From an uncultured Anaerolineales bacterium (GTDB taxonomy: Bacteria; Chloroflexota; Anaerolineae; UBA4142; SHND01), in NCBI GenBank assembly GCA_964644955.1, contig CAZXYP010000001.1, positions 5,187 to 53,612 on the forward strand: 48,426 nucleotides of DNA. Reading direction: 5' to 3'. Made by a program: the position numbers and the translations under genes. This document shows, piece by piece, positions 45,071 to 48,426 of this stretch (within the stretch, counting starts at the first letter, position 1; each line of letters starts with the position of its first letter). The notes under the pieces are model-generated. The model was not told the DNA's origin, did not search any database, and saw nothing but the letters and a program-made list of their open reading frames with translations.

Positions 45071-48000
45071 ATGAATAACGCGCCAAAGAATTCGCAAGCC
45101 GCAAAAAATCCGCTGCAAGATTTTTCAGACATTACACGCGCGTGGTTTCGTCAAACCTATGGCGAACCGACACCGCCGCAGACGCAAGGTTGGCTGCCGA
45201 TTCAACGCGGCGACCACACGCTTATTCTCGCACCCACGGGGTCCGGCAAAACGCTCGCCGCGTTTTTGTGGGGCATTGATGAGTTGTTTCGCACGCTGCC
45301 GCAAACGCCCGACAACGCGCTACAAAAAAAAGCGCGTCGTTCGTCCGCCGCCGCGTCCACCGAATCTCCGGAAGGCATTCATCTCTTGTATGTTTCGCCG
45401 CTCAAAGCGCTGAACAATGATGTCGAGCGCAACTTGCGCGCGCCGCTGGAAGGCATCCGCGAGTTTGCGGCGCGGGAAAAAATACACTTGCCGCACTTGC
45501 GCGTTGCAGTACGCACCGGCGATACGCCCGCGACTGTGCGCGCGCAAATGGTGAAACATCCGCCGCACATTCTCATCACGACCCCCGAATCCTTGTTCCT
45601 CATGCTCACGAGTCCGCGCGCGCGCGAAATGTTTCGCACTACACGCACCGTCATCGTGGACGAAATTCATACGCTCGCCGGAAACAAACGCGGCGTGCAT
45701 CTTGCACTTTCGCTCGAACGTTTGCAAACCATTGCGCCGCAGCGCGTCCAACGCATCGGATTGTCCGCGACGATAAAACCGTTGAACGAGGTCGCGCGGT
45801 TTTTGGGAGGGCAAGAGCCGTTATCGGTAATCAGTCATCAGTCATCCCTTGTCAGTGAACAGTCTCCAGTCTCCAGTCTCCAACCTCGTCCTGTGACCAT
45901 CGTTGACGCGCGTTACAAAAAAAACCTCGACCTCGAAATCGTGACCGTCGTGGAAGATTTTCGACAACTCGGCGGCACGGATTCGATTTGGCCCCACATT
46001 ATTCCGCAAGTGCTGAACGATATTCGGCAGCACACCACGACGCTGGTTTTTTCCAACAGTCGTCGGCTCGCGGAACGGACGGCGGACCGATTGAACGCGC
46101 AATTGGAAGCCGAACAAACCGAAGAAATCGAACCGGGCAGTCCTGCCGCGCTCGCGCCCGGCGGCAAAATGCGTGACCGCGGAATTTTTGCCATCGGCGC
46201 GCAAGGACCGCTGCGCGCGCATCACGGCAGCATGTCCAAAGAAGCGCGGCGCGAATTGGAAGAGGATTTGAAAGCGGGAAAACTTCCTGCGCTCGTCGGC
46301 ACGAGTTCGCTCGAATTGGGCATTGACATTGGCGCGGTGGATTTGGTTGTGCAATTGCAATCGCCCAAAAGTGTGGCGCAAGGTTTACAGCGCGTCGGAC
46401 GTTCGGGGCATGTCGTCGGGCAAACGAGTCACGGGAAAATTTACGCGACGTTCCGCGAAGATTTGGCGGAAGCGGCGGCGATTGCGCGCGGCATGTTGGA
46501 CGGCGATGTCGAACCGACGCACACGCCGCAAAACGCGTTGGACGTTTTGGCGCAGCAAATTGTCGCGTGCGTGGCGATGGAAGATTGGGACGCGGATGAT
46601 TTGTTTCAACTCGTGCGCGGCGCGTATCCGTACCACAATCTCTCGCACAATGCGTACGTTTCGGTGTTGGACATGCTCACGGGAAAATATTTTCTCGACA
46701 CGCCGGGCGTGCGCGCCGCCGAAACGCTGCGTCCTAAAATCGCGTGGGACAGGGTGAACAATCGCTTGAGCGCGTTACCCGGTTCGCGTCTGCTCGCGAT
46801 TTCGAATGTTGGCACGATTCCCGATACGGGACAATACAAAATTTATCTGGAGGACAATAAAACGCGGCTCGGCGAATTGGATGAAGAATTTGTTTTTGAG
46901 ACGCGTCCCGGTGACACATTTTTATTCGGCTCGCAAGTGTGGCGCGCGATGGAAATTAAAGATGACCGCGTGATTGTGGGCGAAGCGGCGGGCGCAACTC
47001 CGCGTATGCCGTTTTGGCGCGGCGACGCGGCGTGGCGTCCGTTCGCGTTGGGCGAGCGCATTGGCAAATTTCGGCGCGAGGTGAAAGAGAGACTGGAGAG
47101 TGGAGACCCGGACGCGCGGGAGTGGTTGGGGCGCGAGTTTGTTTTGGATGAACGCTCTGCGTCCAATTTACTCGATTACGTGCAATCGCAAATTCATTCC
47201 ATCGGCGCGATTTCGTCGGACAAAACGATTATTGTCGAAACGTTTCAAAACGCGGTGGGCGACCCGCATCTCGTGATTCATTCGCCGTTCGGCGGACGCG
47301 TGAATGGCGCGTGGGCAGTCGCGCTGACGAGCTTGATACGCGAACGCACGGGCATTACGCCCGAAGTCATGACGAACGACGACGGCATTATTTTTCGCTT
47401 CAACGCCAGCGACCCGAATGTTTCATTGGAATCGGTCGCGAATCTTTCGGCGCATGAAGCGCGTGAACGCATTTTGCGCGAGCTGCCCGAGTCGGCGGTA
47501 TTTGGCGCGCAGTTTCGCAAGAACGCCGCCACCGCGTTACTGCTCACGAAACCGCGCGCGGGGAAACGTACGCCGTTTTGGCTGCAGCGTCTCAAAGCCA
47601 AAGATTTGCTTGCCTTTGTGAAACGCACGCCCGAATTTCCGATTTTGATTGAAACGTACCGCGACGTGTTGAGCGATGTGTTTGATTTGCCGCATTTGGA
47701 ATTGGTGTTGAATCGCATCGCGACGGGCGAAATTCAAATTGTGACGCACGAATCGGTCGTGCCGTCGCCGGTCGCGTCGGGGCTGCTGTTTAATTTTGTC
47801 AGCACGTATTTGTATGAATGGGACGCGCCCAAAGCGGAACGCAGTTTGCAGTTATTGTCGGTGCCGCGCCAAACGCTCCAAGAGGTGATGCAGGGCATTG
47901 ATTGGAGCGAACTGCTCAAGCCCGAAGCAATCGCGCAGGTTCTTGCTCGATTGCAGCACACGGCGCAAGGGTATCAAGCGCGCACGCAAGAAGAACTCGT

Positions 48001-48426
48001 ATTCTACCTGCGCGAGTTGGGCGATTTATCAACGGATGAAATTCGCGCGCGCTGTGCGGGTGATGCGGACGCGTGGATACAACAACTTGAAAGTGAAAAA
48101 CGAATTGTAGAAATCGAAATTCCGACGACGCGCGGAAATGAGACGCGATGGATTAGCGTCGAACGTGAAAAAGAGTATCAAACGCTCACGCGCAATGAAA
48201 ATGTATTGAAACGTTTTCTTGCGTTCAGCGGTCCTGTCACGCGCGCGGATATTTTGGAACGATATGCGTTCGACGAAGCGTGGCTCGAGAATGTGTTGGA
48301 CGCGCAGACGCAAACGGGTGAAATTGCGCGCGGGCATTTTACCGCGCACGAGCGCGATGAATACATTGACGCGTTGCTGCTCGAACAGATTCATCGTCGT
48401 ACATTGAACGTACTGCGCGGCGAGGT
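45071..48426 (+). CDS. lhr: Lhr-family DEAD/DEAH helicase; runs off the window end
   Basis: Manual translation from ATG 45071: APTGSGKT, YVSPLKALNND, RTGDT, TTPES, VDEIH, RIGLSAT, HHGSMS, TSSLELGID, QRVGRSGH. Absent from the ORF track, consistent with no stop before the window end. Confidence 0.93.
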   Translation, partial: MNNAPKNSQAAKNPLQDFSDITRAWFRQTYGEPTPPQTQGWLPIQRGDHTLILAPTGSGKTLAAFLWGIDELFRTLPQTPDNALQKKARRSSAAASTESPEGIHLLYVSPLKALNNDVERNLRAPLEGIREFAAREKIHLPHLRVAVRTGDTPATVRAQMVKHPPHILITTPESLFLMLTSPRAREMFRTTRTVIVDEIHTLAGNKRGVHLALSLERLQTIAPQRVQRIGLSATIKPLNEVARFLGGQEPLSVISHQSSLVSEQSPVSSLQPRPVTIVDARYKKNLDLEIVTVVEDFRQLGGTDSIWPHIIPQVLNDIRQHTTTLVFSNSRRLAERTADRLNAQLEAEQTEEIEPGSPAALAPGGKMRDRGIFAIGAQGPLRAHHGSMSKEARRELEEDLKAGKLPALVGTSSLELGIDIGAVDLVVQLQSPKSVAQGLQRVGRSGHVVGQTSHGKIYATFREDLAEAAAIARGMLDGDVEPTHTPQNALDVLAQQIVACVAMEDWDADDLFQLVRGAYPYHNLSHNAYVSVLDMLTGKYFLDTPGVRAAETLRPKIAWDRVNNRLSALPGSRLLAISNVGTIPDTGQYKIYLEDNKTRLGELDEEFVFETRPGDTFLFGSQVWRAMEIKDDRVIVGEAAGATPRMPFWRGDAAWRPFALGERIGKFRREVKERLESGDPDAREWLGREFVLDERSASNLLDYVQSQIHSIGAISSDKTIIVETFQNAVGDPHLVIHSPFGGRVNGAWAVALTSLIRERTGITPEVMTNDDGIIFRFNASDPNVSLESVANLSAHEARERILRELPESAVFGAQFRKNAATALLLTKPRAGKRTPFWLQRLKAKDLLAFVKRTPEFPILIETYRDVLSDVFDLPHLELVLNRIATGEIQIVTHESVVPSPVASGLLFNFVSTYLYEWDAPKAERSLQLLSVPRQTLQEVMQGIDWSELLKPEAIAQVLARLQHTAQGYQARTQEELVFYLRELGDLSTDEIRARCAGDADAWIQQLESEKRIVEIEIPTTRGNETRWISVEREKEYQTLTRNENVLKRFLAFSGPVTRADILERYAFDEAWLENVLDAQTQTGEIARGHFTAHERDEYIDALLLEQIHRRTLNVLRGE
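45818..45887 (+). repeat. Heptamer array (~10 units), in frame in lhr
   Basis: ccgttat cggtaat cagtcat cagtcat cccttgt cagtgaa (cagtctc)x3 caacctc; encodes [23 protein letters not shown]. Confidence 0.9.
47088..47108 (+). repeat. Degenerate forward heptamers x3 in lhr
   Basis: agagact ggagagt ggagacc. Confidence 0.6.

Overview
Bacterial chromosomal window; gene content and protein style suggest Chloroflexota (inference only). Layout: 1-14255 holds glycan/surface genes (sugar transferase end, O-antigen ligase-like, RRM protein, ABC ATPase + ANL-type enzyme + binding lipoprotein + deacetylase, PaaN-like ALDH, sulfotransferase, GT-C membrane protein, Gfo/Idh/MocA, two GT2s). 14264-29214 is a purine operon: purSL (one in-frame TAA)-purQ-purC-purE-purK-purF-[four-helix-bundle gene]-purD-purM-purN-purH-guaB. 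After it come a B12 radical SAM gene, a nitrilase-family amidase, feoB/Cys-rich protein/feoA, class I HMG-CoA reductase, dodecin, cydABDC and a truncated lhr helicase. The main unexplained signal is a family of 7-nt tandem repeats (GGAGAYT / reverse ARTCTCC). They occupy all 11 gene junctions from purL to guaB, sit in frame inside purL, purQ, purD, purH and lhr, often form inverted pairs, supply stop/start/SD signals, and bracket a 23S-IVP-type four-helix-bundle gene in inverted orientation. Two other small REP-like elements are also inserted in frame in pur genes. The operon has a ~245-nt structured leader ending in a terminator that I could not match by eye to a known purine riboswitch. All coordinates and counts are manual.
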